Source: Diplonema japonicum
Lineage: Eukaryota > Protista > Euglenozoa: Diplonemea
Direction: 5' to 3'
Length of the DNA: 64,000 nt
Assembly: GCA_964019335.1 (NCBI GenBank)
Contig: OZ025720.1
Span: forward strand, 372,001 to 436,000
Position 1 is the stretch's first letter; each line of letters opens with the position of its first letter. Below the pieces are notes generated by a model that saw nothing but the letters and a program-made list of their open reading frames with translations, had not been told where the DNA came from and made no database searches. Positions 1-13,000 of the stretch are shown here, in pieces. The position numbers were made by a program, and so were the translations under genes.

Positions 1-1199
1 TCTGTTCTCCTTTTAAACCCAGGCGTCAAGATCAAACCCCGCACACAGTACCCAGCCTCCGGGTACGCCTTCATAACCCGTCCTATAACAGTCAGAATAT
101 CGCTTGTAGTCTCAACAGCAGCAAACCCGTGGTGGAGGTTAGGTGGAAACTTGAAACTTTTTCTTTCATAAGTTAAGATTTTATGCGGTTCAGACCGTTG
201 TGTTCTGGAAAGGTCCGAACCGTGTTCCCCGACATAACTGCCGCTTTCTCTTTTTATGAATGATGTTCGTACAAATTTTCGTAAGTCCGACATGGTGGAT
301 GCACCCAATGTAGCGGAGATGAAGATGCATTGCTGCTGTGGGATTGCGTGCGCGCTTGCTTTCCCACCACGGATTCGAATCAATCTACGGAGTAAGTCCT
401 TGCCCGCCTCGGTTTGGTACACATCAGCTTCGTCAAAGCACAACAGCTGAGAGTTCTGTTTGATAAGCTGTCCGAGGAGTTTTTCACCCTGCCCGTTTTT
501 GTTCCGTTTCCGCCTCTCCCTGCCTCTGTGTTGGAATGTCGCGGTTAAAGCCGCAAACGTGGCTATCAGGATGTACGGTTTGCTGTTTTCAAAAATACGT
601 TCGTTTTCCAAAGGATCGTCACCCAGCATGGTCCCCACAGAGACGTCCCCGCAGAATAATAAAAGCCATTTTTCAAATTGTAGAGCGAGTTGTGTTGTAG
701 GCAGAATAGCTATGTAGGAAAAGGGTAGGGTGGGGGGTTGCGATAGCATCCTGTCTGCCAAGATCAGTGCTAGTCCGAACGATTTCCCGGAACCTGTATA
801 GGATGCAGCAAAGATGTCGTTTTCTTGACGAAGTCCTTTGAAAAGCTGTTTTTGAATGTCTGTGAATTGGTCGATGCCTTGTCCTTTCAGCTTTCGGAGT
901 AGAACTTCGCTCAGTCCGTGGCCGTCTAGATCGCCGTAGTCAACGGGGGGGCCACGGCGTTGCTTTAGAAGTCTTTTGTGCTCGTACTCCGGGCGTACCG
1001 TCAGCTCTTCGCCTTCCTCTTCGGCGATTCTCTCCAGGTTTGCTTTTGTTACGTTCATCCACACTGGCTGCCCCATTTCAGCTCTAAACATATCATCCTC
1101 CTTAAGCCTCCGGATGAGCTGGTCCTCATTGAGCGCTGCTTGTGGGTTCCCTCGATACTTAAGTAGATGATGTTGACCCACGCATAAGGTGCGTCGCAT
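1..1199 (-). CDS. DEAD-box RNA helicase, possibly mitochondrion-targeted; 3' end runs off window
   Basis: Manual translation from ATG at 1199 (MRRTLCVGQ...). Q-motif GIDQFTDIQKQ, motif I SYTGSGKS, Ia ILPTTQLALQ, motif II CFDEADV, motif III FISAT. Missing from the ORF track because there is no stop inside the window. Confidence 0.9.
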   Translation of the reverse strand, partial: MRRTLCVGQHHLLKYRGNPQAALNEDQLIRRLKEDDMFRAEMGQPVWMNVTKANLERIAEEEGEELTVRPEYEHKRLLKQRRGPPVDYGDLDGHGLSEVLLRKLKGQGIDQFTDIQKQLFKGLRQENDIFAASYTGSGKSFGLALILADRMLSQPPTLPFSYIAILPTTQLALQFEKWLLLFCGDVSVGTMLGDDPLENERIFENSKPYILIATFAALTATFQHRGRERRKRNKNGQGEKLLGQLIKQNSQLLCFDEADVYQTEAGKDLLRRLIRIRGGKASAHAIPQQQCIFISATLGASTMSDLRKFVRTSFIKRESGSYVGEHGSDLSRTQRSEPHKILTYERKSFKFPPNLHHGFAAVETTSDILTVIGRVMKAYPEAGYCVRGLILTPGFKRRT

Positions 1200-1299
1200 T
1201 GGTTTTTTTTTTTAAATTTTTTTATCTCCTTGTTGTGCGTTTTTTTTTTTTTTTTTTTTTTTTTTCCCTCAAATATACTATATTGAAGAATAAAGAAAG

Positions 1300-1342
<43 letters not shown>

Positions 1343-1683
1343 AAGAAGAAAAATTATTTTAAAAAAAAAGAAAAAGAAGAAGAAAAAAAGAAGTACAAAT
1401 CAAAATGGGAAGATGGGTAAGGGGGGGGGAGAAATAAAAAATAAAAAATAAAAAATAAAAAATAAAAAATAAATAAAAATGCTGGGGACGTGGTTGTGAT
1501 GAAAGGCGTTTTATTGGAGAGAAATAAAAAAAAAGGTGGGTGTGGAAGAAAGAAAAAAAAAAGAAGAAGATCGCTTATGTTCGAGGGAGGGGGAAGGCCT
1601 TTACCCAGTTCCCGGAAAGTTGTATGTGGTTTCAGCTAGGCTTGCTTTAAAATAAAAAGCACGGAGGGAGGAAAGAAGAAGGG

Positions 1684-1716
<33 letters not shown>

Positions 1717-2087
1717 GGAGGCGGAGGGCTTCGTAGGGAGGTGAACTCGGGGGGAAGAAGAAGCTGATTCTGCAAGTTTTTTTTTTTTCTCTCTCACTCT
1801 CTCTTTTTGAAGAAGAAGAAATACCTAGCCTTGCGACGCAGCGCTGTGTTCCCCCTTCCCCAAACTTTTTATTTCACCCATTTCCCTCCTTTCCTCCTCC
1901 CCCGTCCGTAACAAGTTAAATTATGCTGCCTCTCCCCCCTCCCTCAAAAAAGAAGAAAAAAAAAGCGATCTGGAAAAAAAAAAGGGGGGAGAAAACTGTG
2001 TTCCCTATTCAGCGAGCCAAGATAGGGGTATTTTTTTTTTTTTGATTTTAACTTGCCAAATTTGACCGATTTATTATTTATGTGTGT

Positions 2088-2119
<32 letters not shown>

Positions 2120-2208
2120 CCCCTTCAATTCTTTCTTTTTTTTTTTTTTCCTTCCCACTATGTCTTCCCTCATAGGAAGAATTCGTAGGCTGTGTTATTT
2201 TTATCGGT

Positions 2209-2240
<32 letters not shown>

Positions 2241-3267
2241 GTGTTGGTGGAGCGGAGGATGACTTTTTTTTTTTTTTTGTCTCCTTTCTTCTTCTTCTTT
2301 TCCTTGCTGCAGAAAACCATCCAAGGCCTAACTTGCGGATTGTGGGCAATAGTTCTTGGCTCACCCTATGAGGAGAGGGAAGGCGGCTTCACAATCTCAT
2401 TGACCTATTCATGCCACTTTAAGAGAGTCACAGCAACTACCGTCGCAAAGACATTTCCTCTCAAGCGTCAGAAGGCAAGTTAATGTTGCCCTGTTCTGTT
2501 GGTTGTTCTCATTTTTTTTTTCTTTTTAAAATTCATTTCTTGTACAAGTTGGTACAAGTCACGTGATAAAAGGAAGGGGGACAAAGAAATGAAGACGAAG
2601 AAAGGGACAAAGAAAAAAAAAGAAGAAAAAAAAAAAGGGAAAAAAAAAGGACAACAAAACTTTTTTTTTTTGGAAGATAGCAGGAAAGAGAGAGTTGAAA
2701 AAAAAAAAAAAGTCCGGCTGTGAAACAACAGCCAACCGGCTTTTAATGGAAAAGAAAAATACACTGGGCGGGGGGGGGGGGGGGGATGGATGATGAAGGG
2801 GGGGAGTTAAAAAAAATAAAAAACGTATGATTGGAAAAATTGGGAAAGTGGGGGAAGTAAAAAAAAAAAAAAAAATTGTTTCTCTTTTTTTTCGTTCATT
2901 TTTTTTTTTCAAATTAGAAACATCAGCAGGGGGAAGATAAACATAAAAAGATAACGAGACCTGGGCTTTTTTTTCTTTTTTCGTTCTTAGCCCCCCCCCC
3001 CCCCCCCCTCCTCTCTTAAAGTAGGATGAGCTCAAAAAATAATCTAAAACTTGCTTGAACAAAAAGCTTTCAGATTATTCTTCGTTCACCCATCCAACTA
3101 TTGCCCCCCCCCCCCCCCCCCCTTTTTTCATTTTTTTCTGAATTGCACAAGGTCTCAGGTTATGGGGGGGGGGGGGGGGGGAAAGGGAAAGAAAAGAGAA
3201 AAGAAAAAAAAAACAACCCCTCCCCCCGCCAATTGCCGTTTCGGGTTTTTTAGACATTGCTTCGCTG

Positions 3268-3303
<36 letters not shown>

Positions 3304-4800
3304 AAGTCTCGGGCTTAGCACGAAAAAAGCGATTTTGTTGTCTGTGTCCCCTGCTGCGGAGGGAAGATATATATATTTTTTTTAGAATTTTTCTTCTTTT
3401 TCGTACCTTTTCTTTCCTGCTTCTTTCATTTCATTTCTTCAGGGCAAATTATACGAAGGGGGTAAGATGGGGGCATGGGGTGAGGTGAATAGACACCTCT
3501 ACCACCCCTCTTTTTCTCTCTTTTTTTTTCATTTCATTCTTATTTTTTTTATTTCCTCTTTTTGTAAATGAACGGGAAAAAAAAAAAAAATAAAAATAAA
3601 AGGATAAAAAAAAACCACTTAACTGAACAATCTTATTATTTCTTTTCTTTTTTTTCGGGGGGGGGAGATGCACTGATGGGAGTAAGAATAAAATACAGAT
3701 AGCCCCCTTTTCGTATGACCAGAGGGAAAAAGAATGAAAAAAAACTTTAAAAAAAAAAAAGAAAAGAAAATTTAGAGATAAAAATGGAAAGAAGGGGTGC
3801 AACCGAATGCAGTCTATTTTGCCTATAAAAAAAATCTTTCTTTTTAAATTCTTCTACGAACTAAAACAACTTCTTTTTTTTTTTCTCCTTTTCCAAAAGT
3901 ATCCGTTATCAATCTTTAAAAAAAAAAAAAAATGAGAGCACAAACAAAAAAAAATAAAACGGGGTTTTTTTCTTTCTTTCTTTTCTCCCGTTTTTACTTC
4001 CACTCATTGGGGGGGGGGGGATGAAAGAAAAAATAATTTTGAAAAAACTGCATGACCCCCCCTTTTATGGCGGGGCGTTCTTCATGCTAGACTTCCTTCC
4101 CCCCCCCCCCCCCCCCCTTTCTTCCAGGGCAGCAAGGGAAAAAAAAAAAAAAAAAAAAAGCTTCTTCTCCCTCAAACATTTTGTTACCGATTTTCTCTTT
4201 TTTGTTTCCTTTTTTCTCTCCTGATCAGCATGGAGCGACGGTGGGGCGGGGGAGTATATATTTATATCTCGGTCCTACTCACGAAAAGTGTTTGCAAAAA
4301 AAAAAAAAAAGTATCACTTACAATCCCTTCACTTTTTTTCTTTTTTTTTTTCTTTGCGATTTTCGAATCGGGGTACCGGTTTACCTTTTTATCAGAAAAA
4401 AAAAAAAGAATCCTTCTGTGGATACATATATATATATTTTTTTTTACCCCTTCTCTTTTTATTTTTATTTATTCGTGCTGCAGTGGAAGCCTTATCTTCC
4501 CTGCGCATTTTTTTTTTTTTTTTTTTTTTCCGTTGTGATTATTTATGCGAGGTTTTTTTTACTGCCTTTCGCAAGAGTACAGATCAAGTAGTTCAATGAA
4601 AGAGGTATGTTGCACTTCCACAAACCTCTTGACAGAAAAACCTTTTTTTTTTATTTTGTTTATTTTTTTTTTTTTTCGCTGTCAATGAGAAGAGAAAAAG
4701 GGAGAAAAAAAAGAAAAAAAAAGAGTAGCGAAAGCCGAGTGAATTGAACACAAAAAAAAAAGAGAAAAAAAAAAAATAAGTTAGATACAGAAAGAAGGGG

Positions 4801-4840
<40 letters not shown>

Positions 4841-4895
4841 GGGAGAAAGACAGGTGTTTAAAAGGGGAAAAAGAAAATGGGAATGGGAAGGTCTT

Positions 4896-4928
<33 letters not shown>

Positions 4929-5307
4929 CCTCCCTTTTTTTCTAACTCCCGAGAAGTTACTTCTGGAAGGGGTGTCGGAGCAAGTTTTGCTTTTGTGAAC
5001 CAACATCAGTTTGCAACACACGACAAGCCCTTGGGCCTTCGTGGTCAAGTATTCCCCCGCAGGCATAAACCTTCTCGGGAGTCTTTCCTTAGGAATTGAC
5101 TAATAAATAAAAAAAAGGGGGGGGAAAAAAGAGGGTGAAAAACCGACGATGGAAAGGGGACCCTTGGAGGGTAGTCTCAAGGCTCTTCGCTTTCACTTCT
5201 TGTTTTTCGTAGGGAAGAAAAAAAAAAAAAAAAAAAAAAAAAAAAGCATCCCCCAGAACTCTAATTCCTATAAAGGAGAAATGGTTGCCAGACTGGACAG
5301 CCAAAAA

Positions 5308-5338
<31 letters not shown>

Positions 5339-6073
5339 TCGAGCTGACTCATTTAAGAACTGTGAAAATCTGTTCTGAAGCGGAAGAAGAAATTGCTTTG
5401 TTTTTTAAAAGGGGGAAAAGAAGAAGAGAAAAAAAAAAAAAAGAAGAAAAAAGAAAAATTGCCATCCTTCGAGGAGCGCGCAATGGAGATATAATAAAAA
5501 GGAGGGGAAAAAAAAGGAAAGAAAATTCTACACAAACTTGGGTAGGGACAAGATAGGGAGGGGAAAAGGGGTTTTTTTTTATTTCTCTTTTTCCAGTTGT
5601 GTTTTTGAAGCAAAAAAAAAAAAAAAAAAAAAAAAGAACCCCCACCTCATATCATCAAAAATGTAAAGTGCGAATTTCAGTTACACTGGCAATTTTCTAA
5701 AAAGAAAAAAAAAAAGAAGAAAAAGAAACAGCCTGAGTATGCAAAAATGGACAACAAAATTTATGGAGCTACTTGACACTTTAAGGATATGAAGCGAGAA
5801 AAGAAGGAAAAAAAAAATACTGTGAAGCAACAGCTTCTTGTCGAGGATCGCAGAAATGAATGTACTTTACAAAAAAAAAAAAGATTTGTTCAGCAGTGAG
5901 TTTAAGTGCATTTTCCCCCTTGTATTGCCATGTACGCACTAAGGCGACATAACTCAACTCAACAAAACCACAGAGGGGAATAAAAAAAAAAAAAAAAACC
6001 ATTCATCCCCTGAAAACCCCGACAAGGTTGCGTTAATGGAATCTTCGACCCCCCCCTTTTTTTTACAGCAAGG

Positions 6074-6112
<39 letters not shown>

Positions 6113-6247
6113 ACCAAACACCGTCTCCTCTTATTCTCACTTTTTTTCTTTTTTTTTTTCCTCCTTCGTTTCTTGGCGAGTAATCTACTTTTCGTAGAAT
6201 ATACACCCTCCCCCCCCCCCCTTTTTTTCCCCCATTTGCTCCTCCTC

Positions 6248-7324
6248 CTAAATCGTGGAGTGATCAACCTCATACGGCGATTTCAAAACCTTAAGCCCCA
6301 CGAATTCAGGAAGCTCGGGGTCCACATCATACTCATTAACAGTGGAAGGGCTGGGAGGGATGACAGGGGCTACAAGGTCGCTGTTCCGGTTGGCCAAGTC
6401 CACGATACACAAAATCCCCAACAATGTGGCAAGGGAAACCACCCCAGCAGTGTACCAAATAGAGCTGTAAAGGCCCAACCTGGAGCAAAGCCCGAAGAAC
6501 TTGATCTCCTTATTGTGCCCGGGGCCAAGGAGCAAAGAGTCGATCCTGAAATACCCGTCATAGAAATCGCTGCAGGCGTCACCATGCGTATCGTGAGCAA
6601 GGTGTTTCCTCCTCAAACCGACGATGAGAAGCGGAATGAAACTCAGGAACATCGAGAAAAAAACGGTTTTCACAAGCACTTTTCTTTCAGTGTCGGGCAT
6701 CGATACAATGCTATGAAGCATCATTACCGACACAGAGGAAACGACACCAGCAACACCAACATAGTAAAAAGGTGACCAGAAGACCAAACAACTGAAAACC
6801 AAAACACCACACCCCGTTGCTATGATAAAGTGGTTAATCCCCGCCTTGTTCGGATGGTTGTAAGCAGTGATTACTAGAAGCGTTGAGAGGAATACAGTAA
6901 CGGCCAAGAGCGCCAAGGGCATTCGTTTTGAGAGGTTGACAGCCTTGGCAGATCGGTATGCTGTTTGGCTGCAGACGTAATGTGGTGCTTGTCGCGATGA
7001 CTCATCGAATAAAGCGGAAGATCGGACGCAGGAAGCTTTGCTGAGGTCGCATCCCACTGGTGAGGTTTTGCCGTTGCAGCCTGTGGCCTCGCCGCGGATG
7101 CAGAGGTGTAGGTTCCTTGTTGCGTCTTGTATGTAATTTCCGTCGTTTTCCCACAGCACCCACCCCTCGCCCCGGCCGAATTTCTGCTCGCACTCCAATG
7201 TCGTTTTGCACCCCTGGCACACCCTCCAATCCTTCACATCACCATTTTTCTCCTCCCCCGAGGACAAACCATGGCACACTGTTAGAAGCAACAGTTTAAC
7301 GGCCAACACCGATTTAATTGTCAT
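6248..7324 (-). CDS. Hypothetical multi-pass membrane protein with signal peptide and Cys-rich ectodomain
   Basis: ORF 6248..7417; likely start MTIKSVLAVKLLLLTVCHG at 7324. Cys-rich N-terminal region followed by about 5 hydrophobic segments; balanced composition unlike the flanks. Confidence 0.75.
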   Translation of the reverse strand: MTIKSVLAVKLLLLTVCHGLSSGEEKNGDVKDWRVCQGCKTTLECEQKFGRGEGWVLWENDGNYIQDATRNLHLCIRGEATGCNGKTSPVGCDLSKASCVRSSALFDESSRQAPHYVCSQTAYRSAKAVNLSKRMPLALLAVTVFLSTLLVITAYNHPNKAGINHFIIATGCGVLVFSCLVFWSPFYYVGVAGVVSSVSVMMLHSIVSMPDTERKVLVKTVFFSMFLSFIPLLIVGLRRKHLAHDTHGDACSDFYDGYFRIDSLLLGPGHNKEIKFFGLCSRLGLYSSIWYTAGVVSLATLLGILCIVDLANRNSDLVAPVIPPSPSTVNEYDVDPELPEFVGLKVLKSPYEVDHSTI

Positions 7325-8337
7325 TTTTTTTTTACTTGGGGGATTTTTTTTTGGGGGGGGGTAGTCAAAGAAAAGAAAAAGGTGGGGAATGGGAAAAAAA
7401 AGGGGGGGGGGAAGCAACGGACTAAGTATAAAAAACCTTTTTTTTCCCCCCCCACTTCAGTGTTGCACGTCTGCAACATGAAAGAAAGAAGAAAAAAAAA
7501 AAAAAAAAGGAGGGAAAAAAAAAAAGGGCTGCTTCGAATCTTTTTTTTTCTTTTTAGCAATAACAATGCACTTACAATTATAGTAATCTTTCAAGCAAAA
7601 AAAAAAAAAAAACTAATTCTAGTGTTTGTTGTGCACAGTAATCTTTTTTCAGGCCCTTAAAAAAAGCAAACTGCACACTTGTATAGAGTAGTTTTCTTTT
7701 TATTTTTATTTTTATTTTTTTTTAGCGCTGACAATAAGGATTGTTATCAGAAAAAAAAGGGGGGGGGGAAGCAAGAAACGGAAAATAAATAAATAAATGA
7801 ATTGGGGGAGAGAGTGGGGGGTAGGGAAAATAAATAATAAATCGGGAGATAGATGAAGAAAATTCCTCGCTCTGATGGGGAGAGAAAGTGCAGCAACGGC
7901 CCACCGAGAGGGGGGAGAAAAAAAAAAACAAAGAAGTAGGAATGGGGGAACGGGTAAAAGGAGATTGGAAAGAAAAAAAAAAAGAAATAATGTAATGTAA
8001 ATATGTTTGACCTAACAAGAGTGCTGCCACTCACGTGGTCCAATAATGAGGACAGGGAAGTGAAAAGAGAAAGCAGAAAAGTATAAAAAAGGAGGGTTTT
8101 TGTTACCTAAATGATGCTCCCCTTACTGAGGATCTCCCCCCTTCTCGCAAGAGAAATGAAGAAAAAAAAAAGGAGAAAGATTTCTTGACATTTTCTTTTT
8201 TATCGGTTCTAAAAAAAGGAAGAAAAAAAAGGGGGGGAAATATTTTTTTTTTTGTTCCCTATTGCTTTCACTTTTTTCTTCAGTTCAAAAAAATATTGCC
8301 GTACTATCGATCCAGCTCTTCTTCTATTCGTAATACC

Positions 8338-8368
<31 letters not shown>

Positions 8369-8471
8369 CAGGTCGATGGCAGCTAATGATACTCTGAAAT
8401 AACAAAAAAAAAGGGGGGTGAAAGAAAATGGCATGTATTTCCTCCCATAAAAAAAAAAAAAAACAACCTTT

Positions 8472-8522
<51 letters not shown>

Positions 8523-8703
8523 CTTGGTTGTCTTTTTCTGAGTCTTAAGGTTTTTTGCTAGGATTGAGTGAGGTAAAAAAAAGGGGGGGGGGGGCGGAAA
8601 AAAAGTATAAAAATATGGTTTTTTTTTCTAATAACTGTAAGCGCCAAGAAAAGTGTTTCACCCCTGAATCGAGAGTAGTTTTCTTTGGTTCTTTTTTTTT
8701 TTT

Positions 8704-9256
8704 TTATTTCACTCTTCGTCATTTTCTTCACTCACTAGGGGCCTCATTATTTAACGCGAAATGGCCATTATTTAACGCGAAATCGCCATTATTTAACTAG
8801 TTAAATAATGAGATTTTGCAGTTAAATAATGGCCCTTCAGAGTGAAAAAATGGGTCTTGTCGTGGAAAAAAATGCACCCAACCCCTTGAAAAATTTTTTT
8901 GGGGTGGGGGTATTTTGACTATTTTTGGCCATCTGAGGCCATTCCAGCCCTTAAAAGTGGGAATAAGTGCCTTACTTCCCCTTTAAATGCCACGGCGAAA
9001 TAGCTACCCTGTATTACCTTAGGAAAATCCCCAAAAAGCTGACCTGCGTGAAAAAAAACAGCAGTGAAAGCAGTGAAGAGTGAGTGACTCAAATGACGAA
9101 GAGTGAAATAAAACGACTTACTTGCCGCCAAATGAGCCATTATTTAACACTCGTTACCCGTTTTTTTGCACTCGGGCCCTGCGGGCCCTCGTGCAAAAAA
9201 TTCGGGAACTCGAGTTAAATAATGACTCATTATTTGTTGGCAATAAATAGTTATTT
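8704..9256 (+). mobile_element. Non-autonomous hairpin-ended element, subfamily 1, copy A
   Basis: Near-identical to 15706..16279. 35-bp asymmetric inverted repeat (8702-8736 vs 9079-9113), long terminal hairpin (~9127-9242), TTATTT at both ends, embedded in poly(T). Confidence 0.85.
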
Positions 9257-11421
9257 TTTTTTTTTTTTTTCGGGGATACAAAAAAACTTTTCTCTTGGTA
9301 CACAATACTCTAAATGAATTAAACTCATCCACAAACAGCCAGTGCAGGGGGGGAACTTAGACCCTTAACTGCGGTAGCCTTTCCTTTTTTTTCTTCTTCT
9401 TTCTCTCTGCCCCACTTGTCTTGCTGAAAGTCTTCTTCACCCCCCCCCCCCCCCAACAAAACATACTTGGACGACAGGATACAATATAGGATTTTGTAAA
9501 AGCAAAAGAAGGAGTGGGGGGAGGAAGAAGAGAAAAGATTGCCTTTTTTTTTTAATCCAATTTTTCTTTTCTCTTTTTTTTTTTTTTTGTTCTCTCTTCT
9601 TTTTTTTTCTAGTTCACTTTCACTTTTTTTCTTTTCTTTTCTTTTCTTTTTCTTTTTTTTTTTTTTTTAATTCTGTTCCTTCCGGATGCTTCAGAGGCAC
9701 CACAAAAAAAAAAAAAAAAAAAAAAAAGAAAAGAAAATCAAATCTTTCTTTTTTCTCCAGATTCATACCGTGCTTAAGGTATTGATTACATAACGAATTC
9801 CTTGACAGGTATATGTATGGTGGTGGCAGAGTGGGAAGGAATATATAAGAAAAAAAAAAAGAGAGAGAGAAAGAGAAAAAAAAATCACTATGATGGGGGT
9901 GGGAAGGGCAGGGGAAAGATGTTTAATAACGATCCCCACCCAGAAACAAAAAAAAAAAAAAGAAAAAAAAAAAGAAGTACAGTTACAAAAACCTCAGGCA
10001 CTCAGGTTTTCTTCTTCTTGTTTCCCCCCCCTTTTTTTTTTTTTTTTTTAAACAATGGAGAGGGGTTTACAAAAAAAGGTGGGAAGAAGAAACAAAAAGA
10101 GCCCAGAAGAAGAGAAACGACTTTAAGAGAAGAAACCGGCTAGGACGGGAGGGGGGGGGGGGGGTATTTTAAACTAATCTCCACCAGAAAAAAATGAAAA
10201 AAATGCTGCGATTGCAGGAGTTCGAAGAATTCCTTTTATTCCTATAAAGGCTATAAAAGGGAGTGGGAAAAAAAAAAAAGATGGGGAGAAAAGGTCGCTT
10301 CTTATCATGTTCTTACTTCCTTTCCTCTTCTACTCTTCCTGTTGTTCCTTCCTTCCTCACACCCTTTTTTTTGTTGTTTCGAGATTTCTTTTTTTTTAAA
10401 AATTATGTTTCCAAAAATTTTAGTGTCATTCGCCCTCTTAAGCTGTGCACGGGTTCAAAGGTGTTTCTTGAGAAAAATGCCTCTTTTTTTTATCTTCTTT
10501 GACGCGCTGGGGAAATAAACTTTTAGAGAGAAGAAAAAAAAATCTTTTTGAGGGGGAATGTGTTTTTATTGATACTTCCATTTCTGGATTTTTTTGCGGT
10601 TCGTAAAAAAAAAAAAAAAAAGAAGGAGTAGATAATTATTTTCTTCAGGGCGCATACCGCATCTTAAAAATTTCGTAATTTTTTTTTCTCTTTTTTTTTT
10701 AAAAAAAAAAAAACAAATAGCCTTGGCATTTTTTTTTTTTTTTTTTTTTTTTATTTCATTCTTTCTTTTTCCCGCAAGAAAAAAAAAAAGAAAGAAAAAG
10801 AAACTTGATACAAAATTTTTAAACTTTTCCAAAAAAAACAATTTAAAAAAAAAAAGAAATACGGCATAGTACAACAAAGTTGTTTTCCCTTTTTTTTTTT
10901 TTTTTTTTTCTTCGTTCTCTCCTTTTTTCTTTTTCTTTTCTCTCTCTTTTTTTTTCTTTTCTCCTTTCCAACAAACGTGAGCAACAGTAGCAGAAGGATG
11001 AAGGGGGCAGGACACGGGGGGGGTTTTTTTTTCTTTCTTTTTTTTCTTCTTCTTTTGTCCCCCCTTTTTGGATGGTAGCAAAAAAAAAAAAAAAAAAAAT
11101 GAGAGAAAGAGTGAGGGGAGAAGGATCAAAAAGTTTTTTTTTAAATCAATACACATTACAGCTACGAGAAAAAAAAGTTTTTTTTGGTCCGGTATCAAGT
11201 GATTAAATTTGTTTCTGTAAAAAAAGGGGGGGGGGGAGGGGGGGGAAGCTACCAAGGTTACATAATCATAAGGGGAGGCCACCCCCCACATAAGGGAAGG
11301 TATGCGTCTCCCCTAGTTTTTTTTTTTTTTTTTTTTTGTTAACACACACACAAATGAAAACGCAAAGGTTAAAAAAAAAGGGGAGGGGGAGGGAAGATGA
11401 CTAGTGGTACAACACCCAGGG

Positions 11422-11452
<31 letters not shown>

Positions 11453-12200
11453 TGGGGTAGGGGCTTGTCAGGAAAGAGGGAAACAAAAAAAGGAGGGGAC
11501 GGGTGGTGGAAGTCCATCCTTTGGGGAAACCGCGTGGATGACTGCATAGCATAAGTTCAGTCACCCAATTGCGGCATCAACCGGAAAAAGAGATGAGGGG
11601 AGGGGGGGTATTTCCTCACACACTTCCCGAGAGCACTAAGAAAATAGTGAACATGCACTTCAAAATTCTCTGAGGGTGGCGTGTGCAGTGTAGGGTGAAA
11701 TTGATGAAAGGGGAAACAGATGGAGAAAAAAAAAATGTTCTAAAAAAAAGAAGGGGGGGGGGAGGGGAGAAAAGAAAAGAGGGCACACCATCACCCCCCT
11801 TGTATTTACTCCCACCATCCTAAAATTTACCCCCTTCTGGTTTTTTTTCTTTCCTTTTTTTTTCGTTCTTTTTTTTTTCCTTCTTCTTTTGAAATGGATA
11901 TCAAGGGGAGAAAAAGCGAGTGGGGGGGGGGCAAAAAGGGGTCTTAACACTAAGGCTGTGTTACCTTTCTGATGACGTAACATAAGGGGGAGGGGGTGCA
12001 AAAAAAAAAGGCGGTAAAAAAAAAAAAGAAGATGAGCTGAAAAAAAGTTGCTCACAAAAAAGTTCGCTTTTGTTTCTCTACACAAATTAAAAAAAAAAAA
12101 ACACAACTTTCCTCCGAGAGAGTATGGAAAATATCTCTCCTTTCCCCCCCCTTTTTTTTTCCTTTATTTCTTTTTTTTTTTAAATATAAACTATTAGCTT

Positions 12201-12348
12201 TTTATTTCACTCCTCGTCATTTTCTTCACTCACTAGGGAAATCCCCAAAAAAAGCTGATTCGTGAGAAAACAGCAGTAAAGAGTGAGTGACTCAAATGAC
12301 GAAAAGTGAAATTAAACGACTTACTTGCCGCCAAATGAGCCATTATTT
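12201..12348 (+). mobile_element. Internally deleted copy of the hairpin-ended element (subfamily 1)
   Basis: Keeps the 5' end TTTATTTCACTCCTCGTCATTTTCTTCACTCACTAGG joined at a TAGG microhomology to the AAATCCCC...subterminal IR segment; hairpin lost. Confidence 0.8.
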
Positions 12349-13000
12349 GGCCACCAACAATTCAGCAAACTCAACTAGTTGGTAGTTTCTTCTTTTTTTT
12401 TTTGTTTTTTTCTTTTTTTTTTTCCTGCTTTTACCATCAGACCGCCCCCCATTTGGTGCTGGTTCATTTCTTTTTTTTTTTTTTTTTTTTTTTTCCCGTA
12501 GAGAATGGGGGGGGATGATTAATTTCTGTTTTCCTTTTTTTTTTTAATTTCTGTTCTGACCTCAAACTTCTTCCCTTCAGAAAAAAAAAGGGGGGGGGCG
12601 AGGAAAGAGAGAGGAAAAAAAAAGGAAAAGAAGAAAAAGAAGAAAAAAAAACGAGTGTTAATTGGGTTAATAATTTTTTTTTCTTTCTTCCCTCCTGTTT
12701 TTTTTTCTTTTTTCCCACCCCACCCTTCTCCTGTTCAGCTTTTTTTTTTCTTACTTCAAGAAGGAGCCAAAGGTCCAACATAAGATTAACAAAGAATACA
12801 GTATGAAAGAGGGTCCGATTTAAACTAATTTAAACTTTTATTAAAAAAAAGGGGGGGGTGAAGGAAAAAGGGGAGGGAGGATAAGAAGAAAATATAATCC
12901 TTCTATCAGAAGTGTGCAGGTGAGGTAAAAAAAAAAAAAGTGCGAATAGAGGGGAAAAGGATTTTTTTTTTTTTTTTTTTTTTTTTCCCCTGTTCCCTTA

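Noticed and set aside
8745-8832. 21-bp repeats as a CRISPR array or Xer/dif site
   Set aside because: No unique spacers, no cas genes, eukaryotic context; the dif resemblance is limited to ATTTAAC.
8919-9332. ORFs inside the hairpin element (73 and 62 aa; the 73-aa one recurs at 15942)
   Set aside because: Short, not conserved in subfamily 2, no transposase motifs.
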